Position numbers and translations under genes: made by a program
Assembly: GCA_001600695.1 (NCBI GenBank)
Contig: BCKQ01000002.1
Coordinates: 304,613-360,887 of the forward strand
DNA length: 56,275 nt
Direction: 5' to 3'
Source: Ascoidea asiatica JCM 7603
Taxonomy: Eukaryota; Fungi; Ascomycota
Notes under the pieces: model-generated
What the model was told of the DNA's origin: nothing
What the model saw: the letters and a program-made list of their open reading frames with translations, nothing else
The model's database searches: none
In this document: in pieces, positions 11,193 to 21,200 of the stretch
Numbering within the stretch: position 1 is the stretch's first letter
Layout of the letters: each line of letters starts with the position of its first letter

Positions 11193-11204
11193 TTTTGTGT
11201 CACT
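11193..11204 (-). promoter_or_regulatory. Middle sporulation element (Ndt80/Sum1-type), AGTGACACAAAA
   Basis: Matches gNCRCAAAW and the Sum1-extended AGYGWCACAAAA. Lies about 220 nt upstream of the eIF4E-like ATG. Confidence 0.6.
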
Positions 11205-11279
11205 TACAACTTTGAGTTTTATTTTAATCTGATTTATTCAAATCTCCCAGTTTTAACAACTCTAATTCCTGCTATCAAA

Positions 11280-11440
11280 AAGCTGTCTCCGAGGCATACT
11301 ATAACAGCTTCCGGATTTTAAATTTTTCAGACTGAGTTACTTTCCGGATTCGAAAATATCCGGATCCATGCACGAGTTCTAATTTTTTTTTTTTCATTTG
11401 ATTATTAACAATTTCGGCATTGGCCCACAAACCTGGTTTT
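11280..11440. promoter_or_regulatory. Divergent promoter core for UTP7 and the eIF4E-like gene: RRPE-like element plus three TCCGGA sites
   Basis: AAATTTTTCA (TGAAAAATTT on the minus strand) at 11320-11329, typical of ribosome-biogenesis genes. TCCGGA at 11310, 11343 and 11359. Confidence 0.55.
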
Positions 11441-11591
11441 ATTTTAAGAAAAGAACCTAAAAAAAAAAATTTATTTTCAAAGCTTAATGAAAATTAACGA
11501 AAATTAATATTCAAAATACAAACTCTTACCAAATTTTAAATCAAAACTTTTTATTTTTAAGTCAAGTTTATTATTAGAATATAAGGAAATT

Positions 11592-13187
11592 ATGTCAGAT
11601 ATACGAAAACATAATAATGGTAATCGTCGTAATAAAAATGCTTCTGAAACAATACTTGTAAGAGCAGGAGGAGATGGAAAAAAAAAAAGTGGTAGAGTAG
11701 ACAAAGTCAGACATTATAAATCTCAAAAGAATGCACTTCAATTATCTAAAGAGACAGAACTTTTATTGACAGAAGAAGCTGGTTTCATTGAAGCTGAAGG
11801 TTTGGAAAAAACATTTAAATTTACTCAGAAAGAGATTAAAGAAAATGTAGATGTAAGTACTTCAAACAAAGGATTTGATTTGAAATTAGATCAATTTGGT
11901 CCTTATTCTTTAGATTATTCTAGAAATGGTAGAAAAATGTTAATAGCAGGTCGTAAAGGTCATATTGCATCTATTGATTGGAGAGAAGGAAATATGGATT
12001 GTGAATTAAATTTAAATGAAACTGTACAAGCTGTGAAATACTTTCATAATGACCAATATTTTGCTGCAGCCCAAAAAAAGCATACCTTCATTTATGATTA
12101 CGAAGGAACTGAATTGCATAGATTAAAACAACATATAGAAGTAACTTCTCTTGAATTTTTACCTTATCATTTATTATTAGTTACTGCTGGAAGAACTGGT
12201 TACCTAAAATATCATGATGTTTCGACTGGACAAATGGTAATGGAATTGAGAACAAAATTAGGGCCTACTGTTTCTATGAGACAAAATCCATGGAATGCAG
12301 TGATGAATTTGGGTCATTCAAATGGTCAAGTTACACTCTGGACTCCAAACTCATCTAAACCAATCGCAAAACTTCAAGTTTGTAAAGGTGCAGTTAGATC
12401 ATTAGCAGTATCAAAGGATGGTAAATATATGGTTTGTGCAGGTAGTGACCGATCTTTAAAAATTTGGGATATTCGATCATTAGCTTCTTTAAAAGAAATA
12501 GATACATATTCCACTCCAACTCCTGCAAAATCTTTAGACATATCAGATACAGGACTAGTAAGTGTTTCATGGGGTCCTCATATAACTGTTTGGAAAGATT
12601 TATTCAAAAGTCGTCAGAATTCTCCATATATGAATCATTTAATACCCGGTTCTCAAATAGAGACTGTAAGATATGCACCATATGAAGATATTTTAGGAGT
12701 AGGCCATACAAGCGGTATAAGTTCTCTTATCATTCCAGGTTCTGGTCAAGCTAATTTTGATGCATTCGAATCTAATCCTTTCGAATCATCAAAACAACGT
12801 CAAGACAATGAAGTAAGATCTCTAATGAACAAGTTAGCTCCTAATTTGATATCTTATGATCCATTTAGTTTGGGAGTTGTAGGAAAACAAGCTGATAAAA
12901 ATGTACAAATCAAAAAAGATCATTTACAGAAAATGTCTGGTGATAGCCCTGTGGAGAAGGAAGCCAAAATGGAAATAAGACCTGATGTTAAGGGAAAAAA
13001 CTCTGCCCTTCGTACACATTTAAGAAAGAAATCCAAAAATGTTATTGATCAGCGTAGGCTAAGAATTGAAAGTAATTTAAGAAAAGAAAAGGAACTTCGT
13101 CAAAAAAGACTTCATCCGAATGATAAAAAACATGATAGCAGTGACTTATTGGCGCCTGCTCTTTCAAGATTCCAGAGAAAAAAATAA
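11592..13187 (+). CDS. UTP7: U3 snoRNP / SSU processome WD40 protein
   Basis: LLLTEEAGFIEAEGLEKTFKFTQ, FGPY.LDYSRNGR, WD40 repeats, BING4CT-type IIPGSGQANFD...NPFES..QRQ..EVRSLMNKL. Confidence 0.95.
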   Translation: MSDIRKHNNGNRRNKNASETILVRAGGDGKKKSGRVDKVRHYKSQKNALQLSKETELLLTEEAGFIEAEGLEKTFKFTQKEIKENVDVSTSNKGFDLKLDQFGPYSLDYSRNGRKMLIAGRKGHIASIDWREGNMDCELNLNETVQAVKYFHNDQYFAAAQKKHTFIYDYEGTELHRLKQHIEVTSLEFLPYHLLLVTAGRTGYLKYHDVSTGQMVMELRTKLGPTVSMRQNPWNAVMNLGHSNGQVTLWTPNSSKPIAKLQVCKGAVRSLAVSKDGKYMVCAGSDRSLKIWDIRSLASLKEIDTYSTPTPAKSLDISDTGLVSVSWGPHITVWKDLFKSRQNSPYMNHLIPGSQIETVRYAPYEDILGVGHTSGISSLIIPGSGQANFDAFESNPFESSKQRQDNEVRSLMNKLAPNLISYDPFSLGVVGKQADKNVQIKKDHLQKMSGDSPVEKEAKMEIRPDVKGKNSALRTHLRKKSKNVIDQRRLRIESNLRKEKELRQKRLHPNDKKHDSSDLLAPALSRFQRKK

Positions 13188-13349
13188 ATATAATATACTT
13201 TTTTTTAGTATGAATAAAATTTTTCTAGAATTATAGAGAATAAACAATAAACACGTAATTTACGTAATAACCTAGAAATATTAATAGATTAGTAGTATAT
13301 ATGTGTATTTGAAAATAATGCTCAATTATATATAAAGCTTCGAAAATAC

Positions 13350-16178
13350 TTAAGATTTTTCTGGTTCTTCAAGAATAAAGACATCAGGAAGTGGAGCTTC
13401 TTTATTATTTAATTGTCTTACCGTTTTGATAGTTTTACATTTTGATTCTGGTTCTTTATCAATTAACATCACAACTCCGTCCGTTCCTCTAAACTTTCTA
13501 ACAGGTACAAATCTTCCTTCTTTATCAAATGAAATAAATCTTAACTGAGCTGGAAGCACTCTACTCATATTTGGTATTTTATAAGCCTCTGAAGAATATG
13601 CATCTATAACTGGTTCAGCCTCAGAAAATTCAGCATTCAAAGGTTCAGGGGAAACCTTTTCGGATAATTCAGGACTCTTTTGTTCAGTAGAATCATTTTT
13701 CTCTTCAAAACTTTCTAAATTTTTATTCAACTTTGCTCTAGTATTAGCTTTCTTTGTAGTTGATAGTACAGCGGTTTTGACCTTCTCTGGGGCTTTTTCA
13801 GTTTTTTCCTCTACCTTTGGTGGATAGTCAAAAAATTCCTTCTTACTATTACAATTTATTTCAAAATCTGGGATTTTAAGATCTTCTTTGAGGCCAATAA
13901 TAGATGTTGTTTGTAGTGATAAAGAGAGAAAATGAGTTAATGGGAACCAATACCAATATTGGGCAAAAACTGTCAAACCAACTATAGCTTTGATATTTAA
14001 AGTTCCAGTGGAATAATTTTCAAGCTGAATAGTAGCATTTTGTCCTCCGGCATCTATAATACCTTGAGCTAAAGCTGATCCAAATCTGGCAAGACCAGTT
14101 TGTGATTTTGATTGAAGATAAGAAGAAAACATTTCTTTAATTTCTTTAACTTTAGGAAAAGTTTTTTCATTTTGTTGAATTAAAACCATAGAAATAGCAA
14201 TTAGTGCACCTTGACGAACAAAATCTACAGGATCTTTACATAAAGTTTCTAAAATATCAACAGCAGAATGTAGACCTCTACCAGCACAACAAATACCAAG
14301 AGCCATAGCAGTTCCGTATCTAACATGAGGATTATGTGATTCAGCTAAAAGTTCAACAATTGTTGGAAGAGTCTTATACTCTCTAAGCAATACAAAACCT
14401 AAAGCCATAACTGCAGCTCTTCTAACATCATCACTAGAATCAGAAACAGCTATATGTAATAATTTTCGAACAGCTTTGTTTGATCCAGTTCCGCAATAAG
14501 CTAATGCAATAGTAAAAGCACCACCGTAACGCAAAATAGAATTCTGATTTTCCAATAACTTTTCTATAACATCATCTGCATCAGACTCTCTACCATAATT
14601 TAAAAGTGATATTCCAATGGCAAGCCCTCTTATTATATTTCCATGATTAGTTTGTTCAGAATATTCAAGCATTTCGGCCAAACATGCAGAGTTTGCTGTT
14701 CCTAACATGACTAATCCCATGGATAAAGCTGCAGCTTCTCCAGAAGTTGCAGAATCGGAATATAATACACCTCTTAATGCGTCCAAAAGTTCAGCATTTC
14801 CGCTTCCCATTCCAGCTACACCAGCACCAAGACAAGCTCCATGAGAAACAATATCAGTATCATCAGAATCAGCTCCGAAAACGATATACTGCTTAATATA
14901 ATCAAGAACTTCTCTACCATGACCAGCATAAATTATACCCAATCCATATAAAGCCCCTCCATTATAATAAGGGGAGCCACCTTTTTCTGGTAAATAAGGC
15001 TCTAAAATAGCTCTACCTTGAGATAAATTTCCTTTATGAATGACACCAAGAGCAGCTGTTGCAGAGAATTTGGTCCAGTTTGTAGCTTTTCCAAGCCATT
15101 CTAAATTAGATCTTATAAATTTATCGTTAGTTGTTCCACTATGTAAAAGAGCATTTTGAAAAGTGACAGCATTATGAAACATTGAATTTTTACCATCTAA
15201 TAGAGATTTTGCCTTTTCTAAAATTTGACTATCAGTATGGTCATTTTTATAAAGGAAAGTAATATCAGCATCACATGAAGGAACCCCGGAAAGAATAGTG
15301 ACGATTTTTCGATACAAAGGATTAGCTTTAATTGATGAATCGTCTTCTATAACTTTGATTAAACTATCCAATAATTGTTGAGAAGCAGAATGAACCAAAT
15401 CAAAAGCAACTTGAAAAGCAACCAACTTTTTGGTATCATTGCCAGCATCAATTAGATTTTTTAATAATTCAGAAGCAAGCTTATAATCATTCAATCGAAT
15501 AATTATTTTTGAAATTAAAAAGTAATCTGGATTATACAATTTTAAAATTAGTGTAACCAATTTATTTAATAGTAATATTCTGAATTGTTTGTTATTTAAA
15601 ATTGTATTGGATGAACACAATAAAACATAATTGATTGAAGATAAAGGAAGTTCATCAGAATCATGGTTACTAATTTGATCAGAAATGATAGAATTGATAA
15701 TATCAAGTCTATAACTCTCTACAGCTATTCCAAGAGCTAATTTCCATTCATTTTTAACACAGCAATTATCAATCATTTTTTCGACAACTTTAGTTAAATT
15801 GGGGTCAATTTTAACATTCTTTAAAGTAAAATTTTTTTGTGATAAACTAATATAAGATTCAACAGCTTTCGAAACAATTGTTTCTACATATTCGGATTGT
15901 TCATCAATATCAAATTTATTATCAGCAACTAAAGCATATTTGATAGCTAAATCAAAATCTCCTAAATAATAATATACTTTGGATACAAGAAGAGCAGCTA
16001 ATTCTCTATCTTGAAATGTTTCATCTTCATAAAGTTCTTCAATTTCTGGTAAATTGTTAGAAATTTCAGCCCATAATTCATTTACAACACCATTTAAAGA
16101 AGTTAATGAGTAAGTTTTTAAATTTGGGTCATCTTCTTCTAAAAGCGATAAATACGGAGCTGCAGAAGTTAATGCCAT
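13350..16178 (-). CDS. RPN2: 26S proteasome regulatory particle base subunit
   Basis: MALTSAAPYLSLL start, NWTKFSATAALGVIH, PC repeats, SDDVRRAAV, QYWYWFPLTHFLSL, TAVLSTT. Confidence 0.97.
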   Translation of the reverse strand: MALTSAAPYLSLLEEDDPNLKTYSLTSLNGVVNELWAEISNNLPEIEELYEDETFQDRELAALLVSKVYYYLGDFDLAIKYALVADNKFDIDEQSEYVETIVSKAVESYISLSQKNFTLKNVKIDPNLTKVVEKMIDNCCVKNEWKLALGIAVESYRLDIINSIISDQISNHDSDELPLSSINYVLLCSSNTILNNKQFRILLLNKLVTLILKLYNPDYFLISKIIIRLNDYKLASELLKNLIDAGNDTKKLVAFQVAFDLVHSASQQLLDSLIKVIEDDSSIKANPLYRKIVTILSGVPSCDADITFLYKNDHTDSQILEKAKSLLDGKNSMFHNAVTFQNALLHSGTTNDKFIRSNLEWLGKATNWTKFSATAALGVIHKGNLSQGRAILEPYLPEKGGSPYYNGGALYGLGIIYAGHGREVLDYIKQYIVFGADSDDTDIVSHGACLGAGVAGMGSGNAELLDALRGVLYSDSATSGEAAALSMGLVMLGTANSACLAEMLEYSEQTNHGNIIRGLAIGISLLNYGRESDADDVIEKLLENQNSILRYGGAFTIALAYCGTGSNKAVRKLLHIAVSDSSDDVRRAAVMALGFVLLREYKTLPTIVELLAESHNPHVRYGTAMALGICCAGRGLHSAVDILETLCKDPVDFVRQGALIAISMVLIQQNEKTFPKVKEIKEMFSSYLQSKSQTGLARFGSALAQGIIDAGGQNATIQLENYSTGTLNIKAIVGLTVFAQYWYWFPLTHFLSLSLQTTSIIGLKEDLKIPDFEINCNSKKEFFDYPPKVEEKTEKAPEKVKTAVLSTTKKANTRAKLNKNLESFEEKNDSTEQKSPELSEKVSPEPLNAEFSEAEPVIDAYSSEAYKIPNMSRVLPAQLRFISFDKEGRFVPVRKFRGTDGVVMLIDKEPESKCKTIKTVRQLNNKEAPLPDVFILEEPEKS

Positions 16179-16304
16179 TTTATAAATAAGAATTATGTGA
16201 ATATTAAAGTCTGCAAATTATTCTTTAAATGACAATTAGATGCTTAAGAGTAATTCGAGTTCTTTAATTATATTGACTTTTGGTTTATTCACCTTTAAAG
16301 TAAA

Positions 16305-16409
16305 TCGCCACTTTATCAATAGCCTTAATTACAGTAAATCTTTGAAGGTTTGAACAAATTCAAGATTACCCGGTCTTTTGAAATTTGAAACTGCTAAGAA
16401 CCTTACCCG
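16305..16409. promoter_or_regulatory. RPN2 promoter: PACE-like AGTGGCGA (16312-16305) and two Reb1-type TTACCCG sites (16366, 16403)
   Basis: Motif matches 130-230 nt upstream of a proteasome gene. The PACE match is imperfect. Confidence 0.5.
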
Positions 16410-16734
16410 CAGACTTATTAATAATTTTGATCAGAGCTTTAACCTTTAGCTCTACTTCATCACTTTATCATACTAATTCAACAAAGGAGAACCTAGCTTT
16501 GTTCATCATAGCTTATTTCTTGGATATTTTATTTCTCGATTCAAGATTTCTACAAATGCAATTCCTTTATTCCAAAGTGAAATATATTGTTTTATTTTAA
16601 TAAAAAGTACTGAAACTTTTGAAACAACAAAGCTATAGTGACTAACAAATACTATAAACTTTTGATAACAATCTTTAAAAAATTTTATGGGCTATCCTGG
16701 ACTAGAAGAAATAAAGAGAAAAAATATTATTGGT

Positions 16735-17718
16735 TTAGTTTTCATATAACTTGCTATATCCTTCAGGACATGTAGACAAATCTTTAATAATAGAGTTATC
16801 AATATGATCAATAGTTTTTGTTAACCATTCGAAATTATGGATTGAAGCTTTTTCAAGTTTGAAATGAGGGTTTACTTCTTCTTTATTTGGCCAATTGAAA
16901 TCATCAATTTCAATTTCTCCCTTTTCTTCGAATATCAGCAAATTTTTACAATTTTCGATAATAGCTCTTTTTGATTGAACATTCAAATATATTGAACAAT
17001 TATTGGCATTGTGCAATCTTAATTGATGACATTTAACGATTAAAGTAACATTTTCCAAATTATGAATAAATATAGGGCCTGATGAAATTAAATATAATAT
17101 AGAATTTTTAGAGTTCTCTAAATGAATAGAACCCGGGGGAAATGGTTGCTCATCTATAGCAATAATGCATCTAGTTATATCTTTAATTAAAACATGTTTG
17201 GAAGGATAATTAATAGTTATGAATTTATCTGATAAGCCTGAAAACAAAGGTTGAATTTGCGAGATTGGCTTAATTGTATTGTTATTATTTAAGACTTGGT
17301 TGATTGTGATATTTTTCTCAACATTGGCTAGTTTTTTTCTAAAAGAAAACTTTTTCTTTCCCTTTCCTAACTTTAGCTGCTTGTCTTCTGTCATATCTAG
17401 TAAAGTTTTTATGCCATCTGAATAATGCCTTTGATCGTAAGAAGGAACTTTTAGCTCATCGATTTTAGAATGAATATTATCACTTAAATCAATTATTTTT
17501 TCTTTGATTAGCATTAGCTCTTCTTTGTCTGGACATTCTGAAATATTGTTCTCCAATTCTTATTTTGATAGTGAAAGCAATTTGAAAATTTACATTACAT
17601 ATGTTAGTTTACAATTAATATTTAAAGGAGGAATTATTTTACAGAAAATTATGAAAAGGAACTTACCATGTTTAGATGCACTGAAATACGTATAAAGATC
17701 TTTAGGAGCTTGCTCCAT
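16735..17718 (-). CDS. CIN2: Tubulin-binding cofactor C (291 aa); exons 17718-17667 and 17558-16735
   Basis: PSYDQRHY, KKKFSF, C-CAP/TBCC beta-helix (GPIFIH, CHQLRLHN, RAIIENC, IDDFNWP...NPHF). The track ORF lacks an ATG; a 52-nt ATG exon (MEQAPKDLYTYFSASKH) splices to it in frame. Confidence 0.88.
17559..17666 (-). other. Spliceosomal intron of CIN2 (108 nt, phase 1)
   Basis: GTAAGT donor, AACTAAC branch at about 17609-17603, first downstream AG (AAG) at 17559 restores the frame. Confidence 0.82.
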
Positions 17719-18260
17719 CTCAATTTCAATACAAGCTTGTGAAAAATGCTGTATAATACATTATTCAGACTAAGTGATTTGAAATAATTTTCCAGCTTTG
17801 AATTCAAATCATTTCTTGAATTAGGTACATGAATCGATACTGAATCTAAGCTAATTCTTCTGCTAAAAGTTACCTACAGTTCTGTATTATCCAAATTCCT
17901 CATTTTTCTTTTCACGGAATATACACGATATTACCCTGTTATTTCAAATGCTTCTCTGTCCAAAAATATACAGGCTTACACAGCATTATGCGTGAGTACC
18001 CGAACCTTGGATTAGGATATATCAGCACCATTGAAATGGTTTTTTAATTTTGTCTAGATCGGGAAAAACAATAACAACCCAAAAATGATTCTTTGTTTAC
18101 TTTCATTGAAATGTTATTTTGGGATTCCAGATTCTTATTATATTTAATTAAACTTTTCCTCTTCTAGGTTTCGTTAAATTTTCTAAATTCAACCTATTTT
18201 TCATTTTTTTATTTCAAGTAAAAACATTAGTTGGGAATAATAACTAACCAAAAATCAATA

Positions 18261-21200
18261 ATGAGTTCAAAATCGCCAAGAAAAACAAATAAATTTGCTT
18301 CAAGATATATAAATTTGATAGACAATGATGAAAATCAACAAGAAAAATATCAATCATCAAAAGTGAAATCTATTTCAAGTAAACCGGCCTTGACTCAAAG
18401 TCCAAGAACTGCTTTAAAGACCATATCTACTTCTTCACATTCTCCTTTAGTAGATAAGAAATCTACGTCATCTTTAAATCAAGCCGGTAGAAAAAGTATA
18501 TTAAATTATGATATTGAATATCTTACTGATATGATTTTTTCGGATGTAGAAACTCCTAATCATCCTGAAATTTTTCTGGATTCTCGTTCCTCTGGATCTT
18601 TAAAACATCCAATTTCACCCACAAAGCAATCGCCAAATAAAAAGACAAAAATTCATTTCAAAAAAAGTATACCTCAGAATAATTTTCAAGAACACCAAGC
18701 AATAAACCATACAAGAAGTATTTCTAGAAATAGTAACTTAAGAAAAAAAGGTCAAAAAACTCATAAAAAAGTTCAACTTGACCCAAAAATAGAGGTTATT
18801 GATTTAGAGGATGCGGATGAAGTGACAGGAATGAAAGGAAGAAAAAGACTTCAGAGAAGGAACTCAAAAGATTCAACTACTTTATTATCTACCACCTGGG
18901 TTGATAATTCCAGACAATCATTGCAAGGTTATGAATATTTATGTAGAGTTGCCGAAGCTAAAAAATGGATTGAACAGTGTATTAATGAAAAGCTACCTCC
19001 TGTTAAGGAAATTATATCTGATGCACTAAGAGATGGTGTAATATTAGCAACATTAACAAAAGCTTTTGCACCAGAGCTTGTTTCCAAAATTATTCCAGGA
19101 TCTAAATTTAATAAACTACAATATCGTCATACTGAAAATATAAATTATTTTTTTGACTTTTTAGCAATGGTTGGAATGCCAGATTTATTTAATTTTGAGT
19201 TAACTGACTTATACGAAGGTAAAAATATTCCAAAAGTAATTTTTTGTATTCATGCCCTAAGTTTTATTCTAAAAGATAAAGCACCAAAAATGCAAAATTT
19301 AGTAGGAAAATTAGATTTTTCCGATGAAGAAATTAAGCAATCTCAAAAATCCATAGATGCATCAAAAATGCCAAATTTCAAGTCTGTCAAAGATGGAGGA
19401 GAAAAAGCTCGAAATTTAGGATTGAAATCCTCCGATAGTATCCATGATATTAGCTCTTTGAAAGTTAAGGAAAGCTCAGTCACCGAAAATCAGATAGAAG
19501 TAATAAAGGATCCTGAAGATTCAAAAGATGTTGAAGAAATTAGTGAAATTTCTTTCAAAGTTACTCCACATAAATTAAAATCAAAGTCTCCTTATCCAAA
19601 GGTGGAACCTTCAAGTCTTTTAAAGGAAGATGCCAACCAAACATTTAATGAATTTTATGATGAAACAACTCAAATTCTTCAATTAGATGAGCCTTCTGAT
19701 GAGGATTTAGATATGTATATTAGATCAATACTCCGAACTCAGAGAGCAGCAAGAGGTGCCATTGTCAGGTATAAAATCTTTGTACAAAAATTAATGGTTG
19801 AATCATTCTCCACGGAAATAATTTCATTACAATCAATTGCTAGAAAACACATTTTTTTGAAATCTGATCAATTCTTGAAACTTTCTGCAAAAAGTTCTGA
19901 GAATTTTGGGTCTATTGTAGCTTTTCAATCAATCTGTAAGAGACTTTTAATTAGAAAATATGTCCTAGAGGCGAAAAAGAGTCTTATTTGCAATGATAAC
20001 TTATCAAAAATTACTGAATTACAAGCAGCTATTCGATCCAAATCAACTTTTAAATTAGTCAATTCTGATTCGTTTGTACTTAGCATGAGCACAACAAAGC
20101 TAATTTTCTTACAATCTTTTATCAGAGGTGTCTTGAAGAGAAATTCAATAAAGTCTCTAAGAAATAGTATTTTATTTGACAGTGTAACAAGCACGTTAAT
20201 TGCTATCAATAAAGGTAAGCAAATCAGGAACAATCTTTCGAATATTATTTACTCTTTGAAAAAAAACTCTAACAAGATCACTTATATTCAAGCCATTATT
20301 AGGTCTAATATGAAACAGAAACAAATCTTTGGAAATGTTTCAATCCTCAACTCGATAGATAAGGCTTCTTTAGTTCAGCTTCAATCAAGTGCAAGATCAA
20401 TAATTGTTCAAAGAAAGCTTATTAAAATATTATGGACTCTTAACCACTCTTCTGGTTCAATAGAAGAACTACAATCCCTCTTTAGAGGTAATTGCCTCAG
20501 AAATGCTCTTAAAAGTAGTCATTTCAGTCTATTTAAAATGGATATGAAAATATCAGAACTACAAACAATCGCAAGAGGGGGCTTGGCTAGATCGAGAATA
20601 ATTCTCGTCCTTGATCAAATAGCTGAAAATGAGCGGTTTATGCTTGGATTTGTTGCACATTGTAAAGGAATTTCAGAGAGAAAAAAAATTCAAAACAAAG
20701 GAGCCATTCTATTCCAAAATAGTGGTTCTATTATAGCAATTCAATCTATTTTCAGAGGGGTTATTTCTAGATTCAAAAGAGAACTTTTATTTGATGAACT
20801 TTATGATAAAGAAATAACTTTTGTTAATATTCAGGCACTTTCTCGAGGAGCTCTACTTAGAACAAAAATTGCAAAAATGGAGCAGTATTATAGAGATCAT
20901 GTTGATGAGATTACCAAAGTTCAAAGCTATATTAGAGCTAAATATCAAGGCGGTGCCTATAGACGCTTAATTACTTTGAAAAACCCGCCATTGACAGTTA
21001 TAAGAAGATTTGCTCATCTTTTAAATGACACTGAAAAAGATTTTGAAGAGGAGTTAAAAATAGATAAAATCAATGAAAAAATCAAGCTGAAATCTGCTGC
21101 TAATGAAAGAATTGAACTTGAAAATGAGCAATTGGACTCCAAGATTGCTTTATTGTTGATGAATAAGATTACGTTTGATGAAATTTTGCACAATCAAACT

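Noticed and set aside
17988-18280. Possible IQG1 micro-exon (ATGC|GTGAGT) with an AACTAAC branch at about 18242
   Set aside because: Neither of the next two AG acceptors restores the IQG1 frame.
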